Positions 35,870 to 44,482 of a stretch of DNA of 45,642 nucleotides are shown here, one piece after another (the stretch's first letter is position 1; each line of letters starts with the position of its first letter). The position numbers and the translations under genes were made by a program. This DNA is from an uncultured Candidatus Rokubacteria bacterium. Lineage in GTDB: Bacteria; Methylomirabilota; Methylomirabilia; Rokubacteriales; CSP1-6. The stretch spans positions 1-45,642 of the forward strand of contig CAVXJS010000002.1 in the NCBI GenBank assembly GCA_963762145.1, written 5' to 3'. Below the pieces are notes generated by a model. It ran no database searches. It had not been told where the DNA came from and saw only the letters and a program-made list of their open reading frames with translations.

Positions 35870-36106
35870 GTGAGCGTCTTCGAGCAGCTTCGCGGTACCC
35901 TCGCCGCGTCCCTGGGCGTGACGCCCGACACGATCAGCTCGACGACGCGCCAAGCCGATCTCTCCAAGTGGGATTCACTGGCTCATATCAACCTGATGGT
36001 GGCCCTGGAGAGCACCTTCGACATCACGCTCGAGGTCGAGGACTTCGCGAGCCTGACGTCGGTCCCCGCGATCCTCGCCTACCTGCAGAACCATGGGATC
36101 GAGTGA
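35870..36106 (+). CDS. Acyl carrier protein
   Basis: 78 aa, acidic; WDSLAH phosphopantetheine Ser motif; LESTFDI. Confidence 0.92.
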   Translation: MSVFEQLRGTLAASLGVTPDTISSTTRQADLSKWDSLAHINLMVALESTFDITLEVEDFASLTSVPAILAYLQNHGIE

Positions 36107-36115
36107 GCAGGGGCG

Positions 36116-37015
36116 GTGAGTCTCATCGAGAGACTGTCCGGTCTGGCCGTCGGTCATCTGAGCTCGGACCGAGTCGCAACCCTTCGCGACCATTATCACG
36201 CGCTACGCACGCGGCTCCATCCGATCATCCGGGCGGTCAACGGGACGTTTGACGCGGCCCAGCTCCGGGCGGAGCTGGAGGTCCGCCTGCCCAGAGCGTT
36301 CGAGATCCTCATGGTCCACAGCTCGCTCAACCACATGTTGCCGATGTACGTCGGAAGTCCCCTCGAGCTCCTGCATGAGCTGATGAAGTTCTGCGGACCG
36401 GATCGGACCCTCGCGATGCCCGCCTTCTATTTCGGAGAGGCGGGGGGGGACGTGGTGGCAAGCTACCGCGAACGGCCGCTGTTCGACGTCCGTCGCACCC
36501 CTTCCCAGATGGGGATCCTGACCGAGCTCTTTCGCCGCGGAAAAGGTGTCCGGCAGAGCCTTCATCCCACGCACCGGATCGCCGCGCTGGGGCCCCTCGC
36601 GACCGAGCTCACCTCGGGGCACGACACGGCGGGGAGCACCTTCGGATCGGGCACGCCCTTCGACTTGATGGCGACGCACGATACGGTGGTCCTCGGTCTC
36701 GGCAAGCCCTTCGAGGTCCTGACCCAGGTCCATCACGCCGAAGCGCTCCTGGGCCATCGGTTCCCGGTGCCGAGCGAGGAGATCGCGGTGCCGGTCACGA
36801 TCCGTGACGAGAAGGGGATCGAGCGACCCTTCACCTTGCAGGTACGCCGGTTCGAGTCCGCGAGAGACATGTGGCGGCTTCCCCAGCTGATGGGCCCGGG
36901 CCGCCTGAGGAGCTGGACATTTCACCGAGTCCCGATGTTCTCGGTCAAGGCGGGAGAGGTCACCGCCGATCTCATCGCGGCGGCCGGTCGGGGCCGGACC
37001 CTCTACACGGGCTAG
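36116..37015 (+). CDS. AAC(3)/YokD-family N-acyltransferase
   Basis: LMVHSSL, TLAMPAF, TPSQMGILTELFR, SLHPTH, FGSGTPF, VHHAE. Confidence 0.88.
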   Translation: MSLIERLSGLAVGHLSSDRVATLRDHYHALRTRLHPIIRAVNGTFDAAQLRAELEVRLPRAFEILMVHSSLNHMLPMYVGSPLELLHELMKFCGPDRTLAMPAFYFGEAGGDVVASYRERPLFDVRRTPSQMGILTELFRRGKGVRQSLHPTHRIAALGPLATELTSGHDTAGSTFGSGTPFDLMATHDTVVLGLGKPFEVLTQVHHAEALLGHRFPVPSEEIAVPVTIRDEKGIERPFTLQVRRFESARDMWRLPQLMGPGRLRSWTFHRVPMFSVKAGEVTADLIAAAGRGRTLYTG

Positions 37016-37052
37016 ACAGCCCGAACCACGCGAACCTGCGGAGAAGACGGAG

Positions 37053-38237
37053 TTGCGGGGACGGATCGCCGATCTGAGCCGGAAGGCAGGAGCCGCGTGG
37101 GCGATGGTACGCCTCGACGCGGCGGCTCGCCGGGAGCACCTGAATCGGGAAGAGTCCATGCACGGGACGCTCCGATGGCTCGCGCGGGCCCAGGACGCTA
37201 CCCCGGACGATGGGGTCTCCTACGGATATGGTTTGTCCGACGGCTGGACGACCTCCTATCCCGAGACGACCGGCTACATCCTCCAGACCTTTGTCGCCTA
37301 CCACGATCTGTTCGGCTCCGATGACGTCTGGAGTCGGGCGCGGAGAATGGCCCGGTGGGAGGCGGACGTTCAGATGCCGAGCGGAGCGACGCCCGGCCGG
37401 TATGGCACCAAGCGCCCCGTTCCGGTGGCATTCAACACCGGGCAGGTGCTTCTGGGATGGGCCGAATACCTGCGCCGGGAAAATGACGCGCGCGTCCGCG
37501 ACGCGGCGGCGCGGGCGGGGCGCTGGCTCGTCGCCTGCATGAAAGACAGCGCCTACTTCGCCGACGGCGTATCGGCGGAGGCCGAGCACGGCGATCTCTC
37601 CTACAATGCGATGGTGTCCTGGGGTCTGGCCGAGCTGGGGGTCGTCCTTGAAGATGCCGCGATGGTGTCGGCCGCGCAGCGCTCGGCCAGACACTACGCC
37701 GGACTCGTCGACGATCGGCAGTGGCCCTACCGGGCCGGATTCTCGAACGCGGACTCCGCCTATCCGCTCACTCACAACCTCGGCTATACGATCCAGGGCC
37801 TGGTCGAGACCGGCCGGGTGGTCGATGATGCGAGCCTCGGGGACGTGGCGAAGAGCATGCTCGACGCGGCTCGACCTCTGATCGACCCGCGGACGGGGTT
37901 CCTGCCCGGACGCATCCGTCCCGGATGGCAGACCGGCGCCTCCTGGGCCTGCCTGACCGGATCGGCGCAATTCGCGTGCTCGTATCTCCGGCTGGTGGCA
38001 ATGAAACGCAGTGAGCCTGACTACCCGGCGCTGGCCGGCCGGCTGGTCGACTATGTCGTGGGCACCCAGCTCAGCGAGCGCCATGGAAGCCCGGACATTG
38101 CCTTCGGCGTGCGGGGGTCGCACCCGTTCCGCTTCGGAGCGTACCAGCCCGCCACCTATCTCAACTGGGCCGCAAAGTTCCTGCTCGACGCGCTCCTGAT
38201 GCTGCACCGGCAAGATCGTCCGGTCGCGACCACGTGA
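37053..38237 (+). CDS. (alpha/alpha)6-barrel / prenyltransferase-squalene oxidase repeat-like protein of unknown function
   Basis: WLARAQD, DDGVS, SYPETTGY, QMPSGA, FNTGQVLLG, THNLGY, CLTGSAQ, YLNWAAKF. The start position (TTG) is uncertain. Confidence 0.7.
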   Translation: MRGRIADLSRKAGAAWAMVRLDAAARREHLNREESMHGTLRWLARAQDATPDDGVSYGYGLSDGWTTSYPETTGYILQTFVAYHDLFGSDDVWSRARRMARWEADVQMPSGATPGRYGTKRPVPVAFNTGQVLLGWAEYLRRENDARVRDAAARAGRWLVACMKDSAYFADGVSAEAEHGDLSYNAMVSWGLAELGVVLEDAAMVSAAQRSARHYAGLVDDRQWPYRAGFSNADSAYPLTHNLGYTIQGLVETGRVVDDASLGDVAKSMLDAARPLIDPRTGFLPGRIRPGWQTGASWACLTGSAQFACSYLRLVAMKRSEPDYPALAGRLVDYVVGTQLSERHGSPDIAFGVRGSHPFRFGAYQPATYLNWAAKFLLDALLMLHRQDRPVATT

Positions 38238-38650
38238 GGTTTCATCATGTCGGGTACGCGGTCGAGGCGATCGAGCCCTATCTGAAGGAGTTCTTCGAAC
38301 CCCTGTTCGGCCCATGCCCGGTGAGCCCGGTCTATGAGGACCCGATCCAGCGCGTCCGGGTGGTCTTCGTCGAGGTTCCACCCGGAACGAGGATCGAGCT
38401 GGTGCAACCCCTCGACGAGAATAGCCCCGTGAGACGTTTCATCGGCGACCAGCGGGGTGGCCTCTACCATCTCTGCTTCGAGGTCGACGACCTGGACGCG
38501 GAGATTGCGCGCTTCCGCCGCCGCCGCTGCCTTCCGCTGACGCCTCCCGCGCCCGCGGTCGCCTTCGGGGGGCGACGGATCGTCTTCCTGATGACGCCCC
38601 AGCGCGATCTGATCGAGCTGCTCGAATCGGGTGTCCCCCGGTCGACTTGA
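38234..38650 (+). CDS. VOC-family protein, methylmalonyl-CoA epimerase-like
   Basis: GTGA overlap; FHHVGYAV, Q.VRVVF, IELVQP...SPV, GGLYHLCFEVDDL, LIELLE. Confidence 0.88.
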   Translation: MRFHHVGYAVEAIEPYLKEFFEPLFGPCPVSPVYEDPIQRVRVVFVEVPPGTRIELVQPLDENSPVRRFIGDQRGGLYHLCFEVDDLDAEIARFRRRRCLPLTPPAPAVAFGGRRIVFLMTPQRDLIELLESGVPRST

Positions 38651-39882
38651 GCCACGGGCTGCTCGACTCCGCGTGGCGCCGGGAGTACCCGGTCATGGTC
38701 CCCGAGGCTCACGCGGTGGGCTCGGTCGGAGTGATCCGCTCACTCGGCCGCGCCGGATATCCGGTCCATGCGGTGGCGACGTCAGACGATGCGCTAGGCC
38801 TCCGGTCCCGTCTGGCCGCCCAGGCCGTGGTGGCCCCACGCTATGACGATCCGGGCTTCCTGCCGTGGCTTGGTCGTTACGTTCGCGACAACAGTATCCG
38901 GGCGATCGTTCCGTCGGAGGGCTTCCTCTTCGCCATCCGGCCGGTCTTCGCCAACTTCGCCCATCTCCTACCGTTGCCGGGCGATGAGCAGGTAGTCTAC
39001 CGGGCGCTCAGCAAGTACGAGTTCTTCTGGCGGCTGGCCCGCGACGCTTCACTCTGGAAAAACGTCCCGCCGACGCTGTTCGTCGACGGTGACCCGCCGC
39101 CTGAGTCGGACTACGCGGCGCTTCCGTACCCGGTCTTCCTGAAGGCAGACCGCATCCACGCGCGCACCGCCGGCGACGGCGGGGTGTTCCCGGTCAGCTC
39201 CGCGGCGGCGGCGCGGCGGCGGAGCATCGAGCTTCTCCGCGACTACGATCGCATTCTCGTGCAGGGATTCGTGCCGGGCACGAAACCGGGGGAGTACCTG
39301 CTCCTGTGGGACGGTGGGGTGCGCGCGCATTTCGCCAATCTGATGAACCACCAGGCCCCCCATCGTGGAGGCTTCGGCTCACTCAGGACGAGCTGGCACC
39401 ATCGCGAGCTGGCGCTCGACGCCGAGGAGAAGCTCCGGGCGATGGACTGGCAGGGCGCGGCGATGGTCGAGTATCGCTGGGACCCGAAGACCGACCGGTT
39501 CTGGTGCATCGAGCTCAACGCCCGGTTCTGGGGGTCGCTGCATCATGCGCTGTACGCCGGGGTGGACTTCCCGAGACTCCTCCTCGACGGATTCCTGGGG
39601 CGACCCGCAGAGCCCATCCCGATCTACTCGGACGGGCTCCGCTGCCGCCTGATGGTGCCGGCGGAGGTCGGCTACCTGCTTTCCCGATTGCGCGATCCCG
39701 ACGTTGCGCTGCCGGCTCGCGTCTGGACCGCCATCGAGTTCCTTCTCCTGTCCTTCGACCCCCGGATTCGGTCGGATCTCCTGTGGCCAGGCGATCGAGG
39801 CCTGTACTGGAGGGCGGCGGCCGAGTTTGTCCGCGGGGCGCTGTTCGGAAAGAAGAGTGCCGGCCAAGCGGACCCCCGCTAG
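38647..39882 (+). CDS. ATP-grasp carboxylate-amine ligase-like protein
   Basis: IRSLGRAG, SKYEF, PPT, YPVFLK, LVQGFVPG, AMVEYR, IELNARFWGS, GVDFP. Confidence 0.85.
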   Translation: MSHGLLDSAWRREYPVMVPEAHAVGSVGVIRSLGRAGYPVHAVATSDDALGLRSRLAAQAVVAPRYDDPGFLPWLGRYVRDNSIRAIVPSEGFLFAIRPVFANFAHLLPLPGDEQVVYRALSKYEFFWRLARDASLWKNVPPTLFVDGDPPPESDYAALPYPVFLKADRIHARTAGDGGVFPVSSAAAARRRSIELLRDYDRILVQGFVPGTKPGEYLLLWDGGVRAHFANLMNHQAPHRGGFGSLRTSWHHRELALDAEEKLRAMDWQGAAMVEYRWDPKTDRFWCIELNARFWGSLHHALYAGVDFPRLLLDGFLGRPAEPIPIYSDGLRCRLMVPAEVGYLLSRLRDPDVALPARVWTAIEFLLLSFDPRIRSDLLWPGDRGLYWRAAAEFVRGALFGKKSAGQADPR

Positions 39883-40009
39883 GGTCGCGGCCGTGTGCAA
39901 AGGTTGCAGGAGAGCAGGCCTCACGCGCAGGCTGGCTTCCACGCCTGATTCGACGCGGCTTTCCTCCCGGGCCAGCCGGGGCAGCCGCACCCCTTCGTAG
40001 GTCGGCAAT

Positions 40010-40047
40010 GCAGATTTCCTAGCAAGGGGTAGGAACTTACCCAATCA
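40010..40047 (+). promoter_or_regulatory. Putative enhancer (UAS) shared with P2
   Basis: GCAGATTTCCTAGCAAGGGGTAGGAACTTACCCAATCA; contains the palindrome GGGTA-N6-TACCC; 78 nt from the -24 element. Confidence 0.65.
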
Positions 40048-40089
40048 GGGGAAGCAGTTTCCGTAGCGTCGATAGATTTAGCTCTGCAA

Positions 40090-40102
40090 AATCAAGAGCT
40101 TA
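40090..40102 (+). promoter_or_regulatory. IHF binding site upstream of P3
   Basis: AATCAAGAGCTTA, an exact match to WATCAANNNNTTR, 23 nt from the -24 element. Confidence 0.75.
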
Positions 40103-40125
40103 TTTGATTCCCGCCGCCTTCGCCG

Positions 40126-40141
40126 TGGCACTCGTATTGCT
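40126..40141 (+). promoter_or_regulatory. Sigma54 -24/-12 promoter P3 of the rfbF operon
   Basis: TGGCACTCGTATTGCT matches TGGCAC-N5-TTGCW, 73 nt upstream of the rfbF ATG. Confidence 0.9.
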
Positions 40142-40214
40142 TGACTCCCTTCCTCGGCAACACAAGCGTCTTGATGCGTGCGGCTCACTTGATCTGACAG
40201 AGGGCTCATCGACG

Positions 40215-41012
40215 ATGAAGATCGTGATTCTCGCGGGTGGACTCGGCACACGGCTCTCCGAGGAGACGGCGCTCCGGCCGAAGCCAATGGTGGAGATCGG
40301 CGGCCAGCCGATCCTCTGGCACATCATGAAGCACTACCAGCACCATGGCTTCACCGAGTTCATCTGCGCTCTGGGCTACAAGGGCGAGAGCGTCAAGCGG
40401 TACTTCCTCGACTACCAGATGCTGAGCGCCGGTATCTCGATAGATTTCGCCAGCGGCGAGGTCACCAAGCACAGCAAGGAGATCGAGAACTGGACCGTCC
40501 ATCTCGTCGACACCGGGCAGAACACGCTCACCGGTGGCCGCCTCAAGCGCCTGGAGCCGTGGCTCAAGGATGAGCCGTTCATGCTGACCTACGGAGACGG
40601 CGTCAGCGACGTGGATCTCCGGCAGCTTCTCGCATTCCACCGCTCGTGCGGAAGGATCGCCACCATCACCGCGGTCCGTCCCCCGGCCCGCTTCGGCGGG
40701 CTCGACTTCGAGGGCGCCCTGGTCCGGGAGTTCAAGGAAAAGCCGCAGATCGGGGAGGGCTGGATCAACGGTGGCTTCATGGTCTTCGAGCCTGCTGTCT
40801 TCGACTATCTGAACGGAGACGATGGCCACCTCGAAGTCCAAGCGCTCGAGCGCCTCGCCGCGGACGGTCAGCTCGCCGCCTATCGTCATGAAAGCTTCTG
40901 GCAGTGCATGGACACCCTCCGGGATGTCCGTACCCTCGAGACCCTTTGGCAGAGTGGAAACGCGCCCTGGACCACGTGGCAGAGTCCGGCGGCGGCGAGC
41001 CCGCGGCGATGA
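40215..41012 (+). CDS. rfbF: Glucose-1-phosphate cytidylyltransferase
   Basis: MKIVILAGGLGTRLSEET, PKPMVEIG, ILWHIMK, LGYKG, TGGRLKR, LTYGDG, INGGF, FWQCMDTLRD. Confidence 0.96.
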   Translation: MKIVILAGGLGTRLSEETALRPKPMVEIGGQPILWHIMKHYQHHGFTEFICALGYKGESVKRYFLDYQMLSAGISIDFASGEVTKHSKEIENWTVHLVDTGQNTLTGGRLKRLEPWLKDEPFMLTYGDGVSDVDLRQLLAFHRSCGRIATITAVRPPARFGGLDFEGALVREFKEKPQIGEGWINGGFMVFEPAVFDYLNGDDGHLEVQALERLAADGQLAAYRHESFWQCMDTLRDVRTLETLWQSGNAPWTTWQSPAAASPRR

Positions 41013-41047
41013 CCATCGCCGGTGCGTCCACTCACAGGAGAGGCGGC

Positions 41048-42095
41048 ATGCGCGTCGTAGTAACTGGACACAACGGCTACATCGGATCGGTGATGACCGC
41101 CTTCCTTCGGGGGGCAGGACACGAGGTGGTCGGCCTGGACACCTTCTTCTTCGAGGATTGCGGGCTGGGCGACGATGGCGGGTCGGTTCCGACGATCCGC
41201 GCGAGACATTCGCGATGTGACCGCGGCGGATCTCGAGGGCTTCGACGCGGTCGTCCATCTCGCGGCTCTCTGCAACGACCCGCTCGGAGATCTGAATCCC
41301 GATTGGACGTACGACATCAATCACCTCGCTTCCGTGCACCTGGCGCGGGTGGCTCGCGAGGCCGGCGTGGGGCGCTTCCTTTATGCGTCGTCGTGCAGCA
41401 TGTATGGCGCGGCCGGCGACGACATTCTCAGCGAAGAGGCGCCCCTGCGGCCGTTGACCTCCTACGCGGTCTCCAAGGTCCGAACCGAGGAAGACGTGGC
41501 CAAGCTGGCCGACTCGAGCTTCAGCCCGGTGTTCATGCGCAATGCGACCGCGTACGGCATGTCGCCCCGCCTGCGGGCCGACGTCGTACTGAATAACCTG
41601 GTGTGCTGGGCCCACACCACGGGCCGCATCAGGATCATGAGCGACGGCACTCCCTGGCGCCCCATCGTTCACGTCCAGGACATCTCGCGGGCGTTTGCGG
41701 TCGCGCTGGTGGCGCCGCGGGCCGCGATTCACAACGAGGCCTTCAACGTCGGCTCCAACGAGGAGAACTACCAGGTGTCGGAGCTGGCCGAGATCGTCCG
41801 CTCCACCGTGCCCGGCTGCACGGTCGAGTACGCGGTCGGGGGCGGGCCCGATCCGCGGAGCTACCGTGTTGATTTCGGGAAGCTCAACCGGGTTCTCCCC
41901 GATTTCAAGCCCGAATGGAACGCCTCGTTCGGCGCCAAGGAGCTCTACTCCGCGTTCCAGGAGGCCGGCCTCACCTTCGAGCAGTTCCAGGGACGCAAGT
42001 ACATTCGACTCACCCAGTTCAAGCATCTACTCGATAGCGGCCGCATCGACGGCACGCTCCGGTGGGTCCCGGAGCCGGAGGCCGCGCGTGGTTAA
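41048..42095 (+). CDS. NAD-dependent nucleotide-sugar epimerase/dehydratase (extended SDR); frameshift near 41200
   Basis: ATG after AGGAGAGG; TGHNGYIG, HLAALCNDP, ASSCSMYG, YAVSK, RNATAYG, WRPIVHV. Confidence 0.9.
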
Positions 42096-43327
42096 CGGCG
42101 CCGCTCCACTCTGCCGCTCGTGCGGGCAAGCCGATCTGCGCCCCATTCTCTCGCTAGGCCGCACACCCCTCGCCAACGCGCTGCTGACCGCCGAGCAGCT
42201 GCGTGAGCCGGAAGCCACCTTTCCGCTGGACCTCGTCTTCTGTCCCGCGTGCGCCCTCGTCCAGATCACCGAGACGGTACCTCCGGAAGTGCTCTTCCGT
42301 GAGTACGCCTATCTCTCGTCCTTCTCGGACACGGTCGTGCAGAACGCGGAAGGGATCGTCCGGCGCCTGATCGACCTCGAGAAACTGGGATCCGACAGCC
42401 TCGCGGTCGAGATCGCCAGCAACGACGGCTATCTCCTGCAGCACTACCATCACAAGGGTATCCCGGTGCTCGGCATCGAACCCGCCGCCAATATCGCGCG
42501 GGTGGCCCGCGAGGAACGCGGGATCGCCACCGTGTGCGAGTTCTTCGGCGCCCAGCTGGCGGCAGAGCTGGTGGCCGGCGGCCGCGCCGCCGACGTCGTG
42601 CACGGGAACAACGTGCTCGCCCACGTGGCCGATCTCAACGGCGTGGTCCGTGGCATCGCCACCATCCTCAAGCCTCGCGGCGTAGCGGTCATCGAGGTCC
42701 CCGTATGTCAAGGACCTCATCGACCATTGCGAATTCGACACGATCTATCACGAGCACCTGTGCTACTTCTCACTCACTGCGCTGGACCGGCTCTTCCGAC
42801 GCCACGGACTCGTGATCCGGGACGTAGAGCGTATCTCCATCCACGGAGGCACCCTGCGGATCTTCGCTTCGCGCGCGGACTGGGCGACTCCCAGCGACGC
42901 GGTCAAGACCCTGCTCGCCGAGGAAGCCGCCTGGGGCGTCGACCGGGAGGACTTCTACCGCGGCTTCGGCGCCAAGGTCGAGCGGCTCCGCGCGGCGCTC
43001 CTCGAGCTCTTGGGCGGTCTCAAGGCGGAGGGCCGTCGCATCGCGGCGTACGGCGCGTCCGCGAAGGGGAGCACTCTCCTCAACTTCTTCGGAATCGGCG
43101 CCGACACGCTCGAGTTCGTCGTCGATCGCAGCACCGTGAAGCAAGGTCGCTACACCCCCGGCACCCACTTGCCCATTCTCGCGCCCGAGAAGGTGCTGGA
43201 GCTGCGGCCGGACTATCTTCTCCTCCTGACGTGGAACTTCGCGGACGAGATCTTGACCCAGCAACAGGCCTTCCGTGACCAGGGTGGCCGTTTCATCATT
43301 CCGATCCCCGAGTGCCGGGTGGTCTGA
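42088..43327 (+). CDS. NDP-hexose C-methyltransferase-like protein (Zn-binding N-terminus, class I SAM); frameshift near 42700
   Basis: CRSCG...CPAC, PLAN, EIASNDG, GIEPA, NNVLAHV, FDTIYHEH, HGGTLR, YGASAKGSTLLN, KQGRYTPG, WNFADEI. Confidence 0.9.
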
Positions 43328-43334
43328 GGCCTCC

Positions 43335-44468
43335 ATGGACCGCATCACGATCTCCGGGCCCTGGATCACCGAGAAGGAAATAAGCTACGTCACCGACGCG
43401 GTAGCCACGTGTTGGTACGAGAACGCGAACGCCTACCACGACCGCTTCCAGAAGGCGTTCTGCGAGTACCTGGGCTGTCGGCATGCTCTCCCGCTTCCGT
43501 CCGGCACCTCAGCCGTGCACCTCGCACTCCTCGCCCTGGGCGTCAGGGCCGGTGACGAGGTCATCGTGCCCGACCTGACCTGGATCGGGTCGTCGGCCCC
43601 CATCAGCTACGTCGGCGCAACCACCGTCTTCGCGGATGTCGAGTCAGACACGTGGTGCCTGTCGGCGAGCTCCTTCGAGGCCTGCATCACCCCCCGTACG
43701 AAGGCGGTGATACCGGTCGATCTGTACGGGAGCCTCGCCGACTACGAGGCAATCCAGGCCATCGCGAGCAAGCACGGCATCGCGGTGATCGAGGACGCGG
43801 CGGAGGCGATCGGATCCGAGGCCAAGGGGCGGCGGGCGGGCACCTTCGGCGACATGGCCATCTTCAGCTTCCACGGCTCGAAGACCATGACCACGGGCGA
43901 AGGCGGCATGCTGGTCTCTGATCGCTCGGATCTCTACGAGCGGGCGCTCGTGCTGGGCGACCATGGCCGCCGGCCCGCCGAGCGCGGAAACTTCTGGAAC
44001 CACGAGATCGCCTACAAGTACAAGATGAGCAGCATGCAGGCGGCCCTGGGCCTCGCCCAGCTCGAGCGGATCGAGGAGCTGGTGAGCCGCAAGCGTCAGA
44101 TCTTCTCCTGGTATCAGGAGCGTCTCGCCGGCCTCGAAGGGCTCACTCTCAACGAGGAGCCTCCCGGCACCAAGAACTCCTACTGGATGGTGACCGCCAT
44201 TCTCGATTCCGCCCTGGGCATGACCAAGGATCGGTTGATCCCGCTCATGGAGGAGCGCGGTGCCTCGTGCCGGCCCGTCTTCCATCCCCTGAGCTCGTTG
44301 CCGGCCTACGACGATTCTCCGCAGGCCGCCGCGGCGCGACGGCGGAACGTGGTGAGCTATCGGTTGAGCCCGCTCGGAGTGAATCTGCCGTGCGGCATGA
44401 GCATGACCGAGGAGAAGGTCGACTACGTGTGCAAGATGCTGACCCAGATTCTTCAGTCCGTTCGCTAA
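43335..44468 (+). CDS. DegT/DnrJ/EryC1/StrS family sugar aminotransferase (perosamine synthase-like)
   Basis: SGTSAVHLAL, GDEVIVP, PVDLYG, IEDAAEAIG, SFHGSKTMTTGEGG (PLP Lys), YKM, QAALG, NLP. Confidence 0.93.
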   Translation: MDRITISGPWITEKEISYVTDAVATCWYENANAYHDRFQKAFCEYLGCRHALPLPSGTSAVHLALLALGVRAGDEVIVPDLTWIGSSAPISYVGATTVFADVESDTWCLSASSFEACITPRTKAVIPVDLYGSLADYEAIQAIASKHGIAVIEDAAEAIGSEAKGRRAGTFGDMAIFSFHGSKTMTTGEGGMLVSDRSDLYERALVLGDHGRRPAERGNFWNHEIAYKYKMSSMQAALGLAQLERIEELVSRKRQIFSWYQERLAGLEGLTLNEEPPGTKNSYWMVTAILDSALGMTKDRLIPLMEERGASCRPVFHPLSSLPAYDDSPQAAAARRRNVVSYRLSPLGVNLPCGMSMTEEKVDYVCKMLTQILQSVR

Positions 44469-44482
44469 GAGGAGACCGACCG

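Noticed and set aside
33966-36106. Polyketide or tetronate antibiotic cluster (FkbH + ACP)
   Set aside because: No ketosynthase, FabH-like condensing enzyme or acyl-ACP dehydrogenases in the window; the flanking genes are regulatory or glycan-related.
36116-37015. Aminoglycoside resistance gene (aac(3))
   Set aside because: Fold match only. It sits directly after an ACP in a biosynthetic module with no integron or IS context, so a biosynthetic acyltransferase is more plausible.
9415-42705. Programmed frameshifting or phase variation at the isolated frame breaks (wzm, wecB, wza, fkbH, SDR, C-methyltransferase)
   Set aside because: No long homopolymers, repeat tracts or slippery heptamers at these sites; sequencing indels are the simpler explanation.
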